The translations under genes and the position numbers were made by a program. The notes under the pieces were generated by a model. It made no database searches. It was not told the origin of the DNA and saw only the letters and a program-made list of their open reading frames with translations. A stretch of DNA of 64,000 nt from Tubiluchus corallicola (taxonomy: Eukaryota > Animalia > Priapulida), in the NCBI GenBank assembly GCA_030141605.1, contig JAQGDQ010002375.1:372001-436000 (forward strand). The letters run 5' to 3'. Every line of letters begins with the position of its first letter. The first letter of the stretch is position 1. Shown here piece after piece: positions 1 to 12,877 of this stretch.

Positions 1-31
1 GACATCCTAGAACGCATTTTATTGTAATTAA

Positions 32-568
32 AGGAAAGGTCCAGCCTTTTGGGAAGTTAGGCTTATTTCAATGTTCGCTACATTGTTAGAAAATATTAGA
101 AAGATTTATTAATAAAAGCCCGATAAGAGTCTCGTGTAACTAGTAAAATCACTTTAAAATCGCCATTATTTCACGCTTGGGGACTCCCATTTTGGATGCC
201 TATTTTTCCACCAATGACGTCGTTCAACGGCTCAATTTCTATCAAAAGAGATTTAACATATAAGAAGTTTTATAAAAAAGTATATGGCAAATTTTGCGGT
301 ATTTGTGTATGACCACCTGGCAAGCTGCAAAAATTATGAATTAGTTTAAGTCTGTTTAACGGAAATCCTCGACGCGCTTATGAAAAGTCACAAAGTCCAC
401 CAGTTACGTCATAATTTTCAAGTGAATAGCGGCTAACATAACGGCTGAAAATTTCCATACAGCTTTTTGTATAAATAACTTTTGCATGAAATTTCTTTGT
501 TATATTTTTGTAAGTTTAAGTGATATCAATAAAATAAACCCAACACGCTAGGTGACTTGTCCTTTTCC
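32..568. mobile_element. Non-autonomous DNA transposon (MITE), TTAA-flanked, Kolobok-like
   Basis: ttaa|aggaaaggtcca (28-43) and ttgtccttttcc|ttaa (557-572) form imperfect terminal inverted repeats. A further inverted match lies between ~245-300 and ~442-499. No ORF. Confidence 0.55.
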
Positions 569-1689
569 TTAATATAACTTCCCTATTTGATGGCATTCTG
601 TAAAAAAATTAGTCGCGCGATTTTGATGGCATTAGAATTAAGAGTGTACTAATGTTCACCTGGCATGCCCTTTATTATATTCACTTGATAGGCAGCCTGC
701 AGTCCAGTTAAGCCAGGAAACTCAATGAAGTATAGTAACTACTTACTGCTAAGACCAGCTAGTCCTTATACAGTACCAATCTTTTTCGAAAATTTAAATT
801 TGAAAAGTAATTTGGCTTTACCCACCTAACTCTGGCAGACGTGTGTTTCGTTACGGGCACTATGTGAGACTCACTCATATATAATGATTACATAACATTT
901 TTTTAGTCGTTGGACATGTTTCACTCCCACCCTTCTATGTTACAGTTGCTAGGTGCCTGGCCGAGTAAAGTTACATTGAATAAATCATTAGCACTCAAGC
1001 GCATCTCACGTCTATATTACCTTTCCCTTTCAACTTTCTTAGAATAGCATGAGAAGCAGATTAGTCGAGTTTTCAAACAGCTCTTTATGCTTGGCGAAAA
1101 CTGTCTGATCAACTTATGGACATAATCAAAAACGCGACGGCGACCATACCCTTGGATGGTCCTTGAACGCAGAAGTGTCACAATTTACAAAACATGCAGG
1201 TGAAAAGCTCCTCTGCCAACGTTATTTTGCTAAGAGGTTGCAAATAACGTAAATAACTCCCAGGGATGCGCAAGATGATCCTGCAGGGTTTTTCTTGTTA
1301 TATTTCTAAACAAAAACTCATCCATAATGGGGAAAAAAGCTTATGAAACCGTGTGAAAAGGGCTGAATCTAAGACTCCATAGCTATACATAATCTAAGCT
1401 ATACATAAGCTACGGTAACTAGAAAGTAATCTAGTACACAGAAAATCGCCGTTTACTATTGCTCTCTACACCACAAGACTATCAGTTACTGGGCTAAGAT
1501 ATTCACCAATCAATTAGCTAGCAATTAGTTCATTCAAAGACACGTGTTAATTGCGATTAACCAGCATTAAAACATCTTACTGCGTAAGTTAATTGCCAGC
1601 TAATTGATTAATTAATTAACTAAATGGTAACACTCGTGCAACGGATAAGTGCACTGTTTGGTTGTCTGCTTGCTTTGACCGTGTGGACA

Positions 1690-1760
1690 CATATCTCAGG
1701 TGCTTAGAGCGAGCAGGCGTAATCCACTGGTCTCGGGTTCAATCCCCGATGTACTCAATG
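1690..1760 (+). mobile_element. tRNA-derived SINE head (degenerate)
   Basis: A-box-like tatctcaggtgc followed by B-box ggttcaatccc at tRNA-like spacing; no complete cloverleaf. Confidence 0.4.
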
Positions 1761-2538
1761 GCTCACAATATTTCAGCATCAGTTCTTTACAGCTTCATTA
1801 TTCTTTAATATAAACCAAGGTTTATATATCTCTTTGAGCGAAGATGTGGCAAATCAGTTTACAACACCAACACTGCCACAACATTTGAAACTTTAGCAAA
1901 ACTGTCTCTGGTAAGCCCCAAGTTGGGTGATAGCACGATTCATCTCAAAGTTCATATAGCAGTTTTTTCGTGAAAAATATGTTTGTGATTAAAATCCTTA
2001 CAGAGATTTTAGAAAGGGTCCTAACTGTCTAGCTGGAATTGCAAATATCGAATGATCGAAAAACAGTTTCACTGTTTCGCAGCATAGCAAAAACTGTAAA
2101 ACAACTGATATTTTAACTCAATGAAACTTCATTTTTAGCACAAATTTTACAATTGAGCAAATTCGTGTAATGGGTGTATACTGATATTCTATATTCTATC
2201 TTAACAAATCGATTATTCGACCTTGAATGAACCTTGAGGTCACATCTGGGCTAGTGCCTCAGCTTTGTTACCTTAACACATCTGACAAATTGTAAGGTCC
2301 TTATACCAATTTACTAGTGTCTGATTTGGGGTCAACCTTGCAATCTCTGCATCAACGAACACTTGTTACAACATTAAGTGTATTCAGTGGAAGATGCTCT
2401 CAGATGTCTCGCCATTGGTTCTCAAATGCTGACACTGTTCGAAGTACGTATTCGTTTCTCAGCTGTTTCTCATTGTTTTACTTTGGACATCGTTGTTTTA
2501 CGTTGTCTTATAATTTTTATGCAGGACAATTGCTTATA

Positions 2539-3272
2539 TCAGGTGGAGCAAAAAAATGTGCCGAAGTTTTGATCACGATAGTATAAGAAGAAACTAACAC
2601 AGTAGCTTGAAACTTGCCATACTGACGTTACAGACGCTCATGGATAAACACAAAAGACCTTAGGTCATGTCCTTGATTTTTCCAGAGACACAGAAGTTTT
2701 AAATAAAAAAGTGAAAAATTTTGGAAAAACTTTTGTCAATATTATTAAATTTTACAGCATGTGCTCTATGTACCCACCATTTTCTCACTGGAGACTAGAG
2801 AAAGGCAATTTTTCATTCATTTGATACAGTTTCTTGCTTCTTTAATGCTTTTTGCATAATACGATTCGGTGTAGCCGTCGTACACTTCTTTAAGGGAATT
2901 CCAAATACCACAATCCAGTGGATTAAGTCCCCTTTTTCTTAACAATGAATCGTTACCAGTGCTTTATTTTCTGTGATAAAGGCCATGATGTAAACTGACT
3001 GCTTTCTTTATTGTTTCCCTGGCATGTAATGTGTTACTTTATACGTCAACGTTGTAGTTTTTCAATTGATGATTAGCTGACAGAGTGATTTAAGTTTTCC
3101 GGATTTAAGTTTTTGGTCATAACTTAAATACAACTAAAACGATAAAATTGTAACTTTCACAGTCAAAAATAGATGTATCGTAGTGCCAAACTGTGAAATT
3201 TCAACTTTGCAGGACACTAATTTCTGCTGTTATTGGACTCTAAACTTCGGCACATTTTTCTGTGCCACCCGA
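2539..3272. mobile_element. Non-autonomous Tc1/mariner-type element (MITE)
   Basis: TA|tcaggtggagcaaaaaaatgtgccgaagttt ... aaacttcggcacatttttctgtgccacccga|TA: ~31-bp TIRs flanked by a TA target duplication. Confidence 0.75.
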
Positions 3273-4027
3273 TATAATCAATTTTGGCCATTAAAATTTT
3301 TTTGAAACAACACAAGTCTTCCTTTTATACAGGATATAAATAAAGCTTTTCGTGATTCTGCGTTCTTCTGTGCGATGCTGTTATTCCTGTAAGAAACTTC
3401 GTTACATGCTTCTGACTGTAAAGCTGCGTGACAAGACTTATGAACGTGAATTTTGTCCAATCAAAGCTTACATATTTCTCCAAATTTAGTCAAACTGGCT
3501 GTAAAAAAACTTAATTAGGCGAGAAGCCGCCGTGATGACTTAGCCAAATTCAATGAAAAGAGCGCTCACTCGCAAAAAGCTCTGCGTTCTTCTTCCAGAC
3601 CACAATCTACACACGCTACTTGTGCTAAAGCGGTTAAAGCTTAGAGAGATTGTTAAAGTAGAATGAGGCTATTAGCTTAACAGCACCTCCGGGAGAAAAA
3701 GAGAAAACTTCTGGGGGAAATATCGGCAAATGAAGCGTATCAATGATTGTAATCTTTGGATTTAGAAAACAGTTTCCTAGAAAAGTGGGATGAATGGCAC
3801 ACAAATGATATTATCCCATTCAGTAATAGTCCCGGGACAATTCTTATTAGGGCAAAAAACAAGCGTAGAGAAAAATACCAAATCCTTGTCAGGATAATGC
3901 ATTTAGTTTGACTTCTGAGAAAGGGGGGTATTTTATAATTCCAGCACTAAGTGCAGTTTAACTTCCCCCATGGCGCTAGTACCAATATGGATTTTTCCAC
4001 CCCAGCGCCAGTTCCAACAATCGAATC

Positions 4028-4460
4028 CAGTGAAACTAGAGACTTATAGTTATATATGGATCTCCTAAAGAGTCAATGCCAACAATTTGATGCAGTGAAA
4101 CTAAGGGCTTATATATGGATCTCCCAAGGAGTCAATGCCAACAATTTAATGCAGTGAAACTAGGGGCTTATATATGGATCTCCCAAGGAGTCAATGCCAA
4201 CAATTTAATGCAGTGAAACTAAGGGCTTATATATGGATCTCCCAAGGAGTCAATACCAACAATTTAATGCAGTGAAACTAGGGGCTTATATATGGATCTC
4301 CCCCAAAACGTCAATATCAACAGTTTAGTGCGCTGAAACTACGGGCTTGCATACGTGTCTCTCAAGGCGTCAATGCTAAGGTTAAACTAGGGGCTTATCT
4401 ATGGGTCGCCCCCAAAGTGTCAATACCAACAATTTAATGCGATGGAACTAGAGGCTATAT
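4028..4460. repeat. Minisatellite, 59-bp unit, ~7 copies
   Basis: Unit gcagtgaaactaagggcttatatatggatctcccaaggagtcaatgccaacaatttaat starts at 4092, 4151, 4210 and 4269; outer copies are degenerate. Confidence 0.95.
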
Positions 4461-5177
4461 AATATCTTTTCACAAAATTCGCGAAATACGCCATTTTGCG
4501 AATTACTTATCTGGCTAAGATCATCCATTAGTTGAAGATGTGCAGCCACAGCAAGTCGGCCGCTTTTAAAGAGAAATTTCCAAACTATACATAAGTTACG
4601 CTATAAGAACGTTCAAACTACTGCAACTTGACTGATCAAAAAGTCATTCTGGACGTTAATTGCAAACTGCCTGTTGGAAAACATTAACAGATCGTTAGAA
4701 CACGCATTTACATAACCAACGCTGCCGATCCGAAGAAATGCTGTGCAAATTGTTGCCAGCAAAAACCTGTCAATTCAATGCGGCAAAAACAACTTTTATC
4801 TCAACACGAATTTAATAACCCGAAGAAGTGCCGAAGCCACGCTGGCACGTGCAAACTTTAGCAGCTCCTAATCTAAACTGAACTCATCTAACTACTGAAA
4901 CATTAACAGGGTTGTTAAACGCGCGTGAATGTCTTCATCAGCAGTAAAATCGCAGTATTCTGGTGTAATTAAACAGTAATGCGTGTATTATTGAAGACAG
5001 AACGATGTGACGCTTCCCGTTTAATTACATCATTGTATCTTAAACGCTCACCAGCTCACAAGGACGTTTGATAATTTCGTAAACTTGGAGTACAGAAAAA
5101 TTTAATACTGATCTTTTTGTCGAAAATTATCAAGTGAGATGTGGCTAAACGAAGGTAGGAACGGAGGAGTGGATAAG

Positions 5178-5430
5178 CGAATGAATGAACGAAAGAATGA
5201 ATGAATGAATAAAAGGAGGATGGATAAATTTTGAATGAATAATGAATGAATTAATTAATTAATGAATTAATGGATGAATGAATGCATGAACAAACAAATG
5301 GAAAGATGATGAATGGATCGATAAATGAATGAATGAATGAATGAACGAACGAACATATATGTATATATACATATACATAAAAGGATTACTCTATGAATGA
5401 ATGAATGAATGAAACAAACGAATGCACGAA
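5178..5430. repeat. Imperfect (GAAT)n microsatellite region
   Basis: Multiple gaat/gaac runs. Confidence 0.9.
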
Positions 5431-6452
5431 ATGAAGAAACGCCTGAATTACATCCAGGACTGAAGTTTATTGAAAAGTGCTACGGCAACTTAGCAACAGC
5501 TTGACTTGGTAGCAGACCTACCACCGCACTACTGATCTACATTTAACTCCCACGCTTTCTATAAACCATCTTCAAGCGTTCACTGTTGTCGTTTCTCTCC
5601 TCAATGTTCACGCTACGGCACCTCTTAGCAGTTAAACGGGCAGATTATGTAAATGGCTTCATTTGTTTTCAGCGCAATTACGCGTGTATTTATTTTGCTC
5701 TCTCTAATGGCAGTGATCGATGGCTGAGTTCAGCAATAACAGTAATTCTTCGCCCTTACATCCCTATTTTAGGTGCTGTGTTGCCAGTCATTCTACGATG
5801 ATTACGGTTTTCATTAAACGCTAACAATGTGACATTTATTACAAGTTAAGTCATCCTATATCTATAAATTCAGAAAGCATGACACTGGAAGTAACCGCTG
5901 GAAAACATTTATTAATTAAATGAGACTAACTGGTTATCATAGGACTTTAGGAGTCTTGGGATAGCTATCTAAATAGATGTAAATTTCTCCACAGACTATA
6001 TCTATTATATTTTTATCTACTATATTTTTTATCTATCTTTTTATCTACTATATTTAGCAGATGGCACTATTTCCTACATCTACATTCTAAGAAGGAAATC
6101 TTTAATTGATACCTTTGTAAATATTGTAAAGGAAAATTTTATTATAGATAATTATTATTATTATCTTGCAATGGTTAAATGTTAAATTAATCTACAAAAT
6201 TTAGTTCATTTTATTGCTATATTGAAAATTTCAATGATATAGTTCATAACAAACTAAGCATAGATGTAATCACATAGATGCAATACACTTTATAATCATT
6301 ATGATAAATATCCGTTCTAGGTTAGTTAGCGATTTGGCATATTGCACAATGATTTTTTTATTTATAGTGCAATTATATTTTTTTGATTATAATTTTTGAC
6401 AATTTTAGTAACAACATATTAGGAAATATACATATTTAAAATTGTATTATCA

Positions 6453-6455
<3 letters not shown>

Positions 6456-6517
<62 letters not shown>

Positions 6518-6550
6518 CGTGCGTATGTCTGTGTGAGTGTATGTGTGTGG
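6456..6550. repeat. (GT)n microsatellite
   Basis: Long perfect gt run decaying into gcgt/gtat. Confidence 0.97.
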
Positions 6551-7645
6551 TGTACTAATAATTAATTTCAACATTGTCTGCAACTAGAGGCTCATTTATG
6601 TAAATATGTATTTTAAAATTAAAAATTAATCATCATCATCGTCGTCATCATCATCATCTACATCAACAAGAAATCCAACAACAACTAAAGACTCTTACAA
6701 TTCACTATCTGCTGCCAGAAACAAAGGTATAGAAAAAAGAATTCATTATCTAACAACGCATATATTAACAGGAAGTTTACCATAAGGATAATAACGGAAA
6801 CGAACATTAGCGATGAATATGTTATCTTAGAGCAAGGACGCTAGCAAAGACAACGAAAAAAACTTGATTTCTTACATACCAACATGACAAGCATAAAGAA
6901 CCTAGATACAAAACACTTCTTCACAAAAAACAATCTCATCACACTGTATGACGAATTAATAAAAAAACTAATTTGAAACTTTCGTTACGTAATTTCAAAA
7001 CATTGGCAAGCGTCTTGCAGCAGCAGCAGTTGATTCAGATTTGTGAAATGCCATGCATATTATTCACAATCATCAAGGGACAGTGCCACATTATTTATAG
7101 TCAAGTATCAACTCAATTTCATTTACTAACAAGAGACTTTTAATTAATTGAAAAGACGACGTTCAATCTCGAGGCTCATAATTCTTGTCTTTAGTGGCAC
7201 ACGGCTCCCAATGGAAAACACGACATTGTTAAATTGAAAACCTGTTTAATCGCAAGCGGATTGGAAGATTCGAAAGTTTATTACTTTTTTGTGACGAAAT
7301 GTGCTGCTCATGCGATTCACTTAGAAATGATCATCGTCATTTAATGATGGAAATGATATACAATGATGGCTGCACCTGCGAAATATATACTTCATGAGGG
7401 CTAAGAAAATTACAAGTAACTGAAATATGAAAAAATGAAATGAAATGAGATGCACACAGTAATAGTCTCGAAATTGCAGATCATCATACAGGCGAAGGAG
7501 TTTCAATCAGAAATAAAAAGTACCAAAGAAATGATGAATATTCTCTTAATTGGCTTAAAATCAAATGAAGAACAAATTTTCTAGGTCGTATGCGCATTAT
7601 TTTGTGAATTGTTTGCTGTCTGGTTTTATGGTTTCTTTGATACGT

Positions 7646-7742
7646 AGGGTTGTAGCCGAGTGGTCACAGTATTTCTTTATCAAGTAAAGTTACACAATGC
7701 TGAGGCTGGTTTGGTAATGAATGAGTGACCGTTGGGTTCAAT
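7646..7742 (+). mobile_element. SINE head: tRNA A-box fused to a 5S rRNA-like segment
   Basis: tagccgagtgg (A box) followed by aagttacacaatgctgaggctggtttggtaatgaatgagtgaccgttggg, which resembles the 5S internal control region; abuts a (CT)n run. Confidence 0.5.
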
Positions 7743-7743
<1 letters not shown>

Positions 7744-7783
<40 letters not shown>

Positions 7784-7788
7784 CTCTC
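7744..7788. repeat. (CT)n microsatellite
   Basis: Near-perfect ct run. Confidence 0.95.
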
Positions 7789-9989
7789 CTTAAAGCTTAC
7801 ATTATTTAAGGATGATGCATTCACTTTTGCTATTCAGTTTGGTACTTTTGCTACTCTTAGAATTAGATGGTTAACATTGATAATGATTTAAGTTCCAGTC
7901 CAGCCACAAGCATCCACAGTAAGTACGCGATGGCTGCACTGCTTTGAATGCTGGATTCCACCTTGGAAACCAACAAATTGCATAAAAAATCCTCTCGTAC
8001 TTAACTGTAATTCAGCTCAATTGTTGACTACGTAAACAGCTTGTGAAAACAGCTATGGCAGGTGCAAGCCTATACAACAACTTTCCTACCCATATGCAGC
8101 AGCAGCTACACAGGAGGAGAATAAGAATACAATACAAAATGACATTTGTAATATATTATTCATGTAGCTGAGGACACATAACTTGTCCTTGCCGCACTCA
8201 ATAAACATGATGGTATTGACATGCTGACAGGCTTGGTCTATCCAACAATATGAAGCTGGGTTTTTTTATTGTGTGGAGAATTCATATTATCCCACGTCTT
8301 TTTCAATTATTTAACTGAGTGCAAATCCTATCTATGTAATAAAACTGAAAGTCTATAGGGGGCACAGACACAAACAAGCGATGCTTTATATTCTACAGCC
8401 AGAAAACAGATACTCTCATTAAATATTAAAACAATTTTGCATAAGGTGAGCTTATGTAAAGCTATAGCGGGTAAATGGGCATGCTGTCCCGATGTTATTT
8501 GATGTAATAATTGAAATAAATTTAGAATTAAATTATAAAATCATTTTTCTTTTTTCAACTTGAATTCCTTTTTTCAACTTGGACCAGACCAAGGAAATTT
8601 GAAAGTTGATTATTTGTGTTCATTTGATATTGGACAAATGTCTTGCCACAAATACCAAAGCATCAACAACCTTGAGTCTATCTAATCTTGAAGGCAACTC
8701 GTATAGTAAATGACATTGTGCGTAATGTGTAACATGATTCTAGATTAAAAGAAACTTTAAATGTAACTCAGAAATAATGTTAGAGATATTTCATTAGCTA
8801 CATTTGAAATCATGGAAGTTACTGATTTAATACTTTTATAAGGAAGATTAGCAATTGCTCTGCTAATGTTAAATCCTTTCTTTTCAAAAGATACTGTTGA
8901 ACCTTCTATTGTAGTTCACTGTGGGTTAATTTCGACAAATATGTTCTAGGGAAACTTAGGGTGTCATACAACAAAAGTATAAGGAAACTTTTTAAACTTA
9001 AATATGATTGTAGTGCATCTCAGATGTGTGTAGTTTTATCTCTTGCACATTTTATACATACACGACACAAGTGTTTTTATAGTCTGCTTATCCGAATTCT
9101 GCAATCTGGTAATGCTCTGACGGCAAATAATGCAAGTGATTCTGATGTGCGGTATAATTCAATTTTTTTTTGCTTGTGGGCATCCTTTTTATTTGGTGTG
9201 GGTAGCTTCCTATGTTTGTTGTGGTTGCATGTAATTAGCAGAGTTAGAATTTTGTGTGTTTGTGTATGTGAAATAACATTTTTAGTGTATTATGTGGCAA
9301 TTTTAATTACAAGGCGAAATGAAGTGAAAATTGAATTAAATTAATTGCCTCAAAATTGCACATTTTGATGATATGAGTGACACTGCTGAACGTTGGGGCA
9401 TTTGTTTGCACATTTAGCAACTCTTTACATTATAAACTTTCAATACTTTCGATAACACAAAAAATAATAGCCTTCAAGAGGTGGTTTAAATCAGATCATT
9501 TTGTAAAAATGGAGCCTGGTTGTCAACACTATGATTAATCAGCAGCGTTATGTAAGCAAATACTGCGACAAGTATTTTGTCCTGTACAACAATAGAATAC
9601 CCAAGTTTGGGTTTCAGTTCTGTTTGCTAGTAATTACCAGTTTACCACGTAAGATCTCGGCTAATCAATAAGCTTTTGTGAGGTAAAAGCGAAATCATTT
9701 GCCAAGTAATGTACTCCTGCAATATGCCAGCCTGATTGCTTTGAACGAGCACTGCACTAAAGGGTACCCAATAATACCTTATTAGAAAGACATATTATTT
9801 GTAGGTAGATAAGGGAATAAATGCATTTGTGCTAATCACGAATCAAATCTCGATGCGTATTTGCAGTCCCTAATTAAGCTTAATAGCCAGAACCCTTTCA
9901 CTGTCTATTATTCAAATATATGCCGAAAATTGCGAGATTGCAGCTATTGGCTCAACTGCATTAGTGAATTCCAGTGATATATTCCCACA

Positions 9990-10283
9990 GGAGCAAAAAG
10001 AACATGTAAACAAACACCAGTAAGCAAAAGGACAAGCTTCACGCGGATGATAACCGGTTTGGTGTGCTTCGTTTAGGACATAGTCCAGGTATAGCAGCTT
10101 AAGTACTTCAATACTTATTTCCAAGGTGGTCCCGCTTATTATTATCCGCACGTTACTTCGATAAACCCACGTGTTTCGTCGAACAACCATATGTTAAGTC
10201 TTTGGTATGACTCGGTCGAGAGTTGAACCCTCGACCTACTGGGTGGGAAACAAGCATGCTACCACAGAGCTATGCCATCTGGT
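9990..10283 (-). mobile_element. tRNA-derived SINE
   Basis: Minus strand reads tagctctgtgg (A box) ... ggttcaactc (B box), then gtcataccaaagacttaa, which I recall as resembling the start of the MetaSINE core. The 3' boundary is approximate. Confidence 0.6.
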
Positions 10284-11096
10284 ATAAAGCAAGGGTAGTC
10301 AGTGTCTAAATAACGGGTGTGTTGTGGAAAGCGGGACAATACAACAATTTTATCTTGTATGTATGACTTATGCATTCTAATATAATTAGTATGTGTAAAA
10401 ACGACAAGAACTACATTTAGTGGCTTGTCAATGCTACTACCGTTAGTGCAGTACTTCGTTCATAACTTCCTACGATAACATTAGTACAGGCACATGCAAT
10501 GACATTTACGTTTGCTAGGCACCTCTTAACACAGAATTTTAATAGATATTTGCAAAAATTTAAAGAAATGTAGATTTCTGAACACACAATCTTGCAATTT
10601 TACGAATTATGGCAATACTGCTTTTTAATGTTTGATGTATCGCTTCTGTGTGCTGTGATCTCATTATCATTTAGCTTCTTGTCATACTGTATTGTATTAT
10701 ATATATTCCATTATAAGTTTGAATTGTGTATGTATAAATATGTGTCATTGTGTTACTTGTTTTTATCAATAAACTTATTATTGTTGTTATCAATTTCAAG
10801 TCTCTTTTTCAGTATAATATTTCTCACAGTAAGAGGAGTTTAAAGACAAACGTTAACAACTCTGCATTATTATAGTGCATAGCATGATAAATGTGAATAG
10901 TCTGAAGTGCATATAATTTACACATACCAATTGTTTTTTTTCCAGGAAAACCAGGAAGTGCTAACTGCTGACTATGAATTCAGTTTCATCGCAGTCAAAA
11001 TCAAAATCAAAGATGAAGGGCAAAAAGATTTCAAATTCCTGAAAGATTTTGCATAAAACCTATTTGTGTGCAGAACAATTTTATAAAAACGCAACA

Positions 11097-12284
11097 ATGG
11101 AACTAGCACAAGGTGCAATACATGATATCAATGAATCAGTTGAATATGAATCAGTTGAATATGAATACGTTTATATGGATGATGTTGAATATCGAATAAA
11201 AGTGAATAATGCAACTTTCATCATTTATCGTATATTAATGCCGATAGTGCTTGCTCTTGGTGGAATAGGCAATACTTTGAATATCATTGTTCTTTGGAAA
11301 AGTCGTGATTTGAATGCTTATTTGTCGTACATTTATCTTCGTGGCGTGGCTATAGCTGACTTCTCTGAAATTATTTTTCAGTGTGTGTTTCTTGCCACTG
11401 TCCTTTGCACAGCAGAAGTTGATCGAAGCATACATCTAGTTCGTTATTATGCTCATGTGAATCTTGTGTTTTTGAATTCGTTTGCCTGCGCAAGCAACCT
11501 GCTGGTGATGATGGTGACAATAGACAGATTTGTACTAACGTGTTATCCGATCAGATCACTTAGAATTCGCACAAAGGTAATGGCAAGAGTTACAGTGTGT
11601 GTCATGTTTGTAATAGCATTTGTGGTACACATTCCAGACACGTTTCAGTACAAGGTTGAAGCGGCTCATAGCATGGGCATTCACAATAAAACATTTTTCC
11701 GAGACGTACGAAATGAAGAGCTGTTTGAAACAGTTGGTTACGGACACGTGTGGCCCTGGATCGAAGTCATCATCAGCAAAATAGCTCCTATTATTTGCGT
11801 CCTTGTGCTTAACCCGCTCATACTGCGGACATACAGATCAAGCCTAAAGCAACGCACATCACTAACAAAGAGGCTGGAGTCAAATGCTGATGAAAAGCAC
11901 CGTCAGTCACAAGAGCGCAGTATGACGACTCTGCTTGTATCTATTTCAATGGTTTTTGTTATTTGTACCATTCCTGCTACAATACTTCGTCTGGCAGACC
12001 ATGGCGCACCGAAAGAGACACTGTCCAATAACGCGCCATACGACATATTTAGACATACGGCCAATCTCCTGGAGGTTATCAACTTCTCTGTCAATTTCTA
12101 TATGTACAGTATGACGAATGCAACCTTTAGGCGCAGCTTTAGGCAGATATTCGTCAACCGTTTCCGTCGCCAGCAGGAGGAATACACAACACAGCCATCG
12201 TCCACATGGCGCTCAAAAGGCGAAACCATGAATACTGTAAAATACACTCTGAATGGTAACTCGGCAGAAGTCGCTTGCCTCTGA
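11097..12284 (+). CDS. Rhodopsin-class (class A) peptide GPCR, FMRFamide/sex-peptide receptor-like group (similar to the nematode B0563.6 type); 395 aa, intronless CDS
   Basis: Seven hydrophobic segments with GN in TM1 (GIGNTLN), AIAD in TM2, DRF at the end of TM3 (TIDRF...CYP), CTIP in TM6 and NFSVNFYMY..N..FR in TM7/H8. First in-frame ATG after the upstream TGA is in acaATGG context. Splice acceptor ttttttccag at 10945 implies upstream UTR exon(s). Confidence 0.93.
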   Translation: MELAQGAIHDINESVEYESVEYEYVYMDDVEYRIKVNNATFIIYRILMPIVLALGGIGNTLNIIVLWKSRDLNAYLSYIYLRGVAIADFSEIIFQCVFLATVLCTAEVDRSIHLVRYYAHVNLVFLNSFACASNLLVMMVTIDRFVLTCYPIRSLRIRTKVMARVTVCVMFVIAFVVHIPDTFQYKVEAAHSMGIHNKTFFRDVRNEELFETVGYGHVWPWIEVIISKIAPIICVLVLNPLILRTYRSSLKQRTSLTKRLESNADEKHRQSQERSMTTLLVSISMVFVICTIPATILRLADHGAPKETLSNNAPYDIFRHTANLLEVINFSVNFYMYSMTNATFRRSFRQIFVNRFRRQQEEYTTQPSSTWRSKGETMNTVKYTLNGNSAEVACL

Positions 12285-12877
12285 CGGTTTTTCCAGAAGT
12301 TTTCCTCGCAACCCAAGAACCAAAAACACGATTCCATTGCTCTACAGGATTTTGACCGGACAAACGAGTTACCCCCGTCACAGAACCTTATGCGTAACTT
12401 ACAAAGACCAGTCTGTGAAAAGTGCTCCGAGGACAGTCACCCATCAGAAAAAATTTAAAAGTGCTTATTTTTTGAACAAAATACAAATCAACCATTTAGG
12501 CTGCGAGGTTAACTTCTGGGAATACGAACTACAACACTATTCCTCACTGCATCATTCACAATGTGTTTACAATTCATACAACAGTAAACTATAATGTAAA
12601 GTGCTATTACGTACGTGTTTTTTGAAACTAGGTGTTATCTTGGTGTGAATTGTTGCTTTATATATTATAATCTTGATCATGGAGTACTTTTGCGTGTCAT
12701 TTAGATCTGTGAATTTCTTTTTCTTATCGAACGCCTGTTATTAAAATTTATATATCTGAAAATAGAGCGCACTGTTCTTAGTAATTCGCTGGTTTTAATA
12801 TGACAGCTATGACAATGAAGCCTATAATTTGACCGTGTACTAAAAGTGAAAAAAACTCTTTGCACAATTTTATACCA

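Noticed and set aside
1690-1760. Functional tRNA gene (also considered at 10220-10283, 20932-21010 and 31113-31185)
   Set aside because: A/B boxes are present but acceptor and anticodon stems do not pair; better explained as SINE heads.
8961-9344. 127-aa hydrophobic ORF
   Set aside because: No recognisable domain and a non-ATG start; it looks like AT-rich repeat-derived sequence (possibly a LINE 3' remnant), which I could not support further.
11049-11096. ORF-track start of the GPCR at 11049
   Set aside because: It is a TTG codon; the first in-frame ATG with good context is at 11097.
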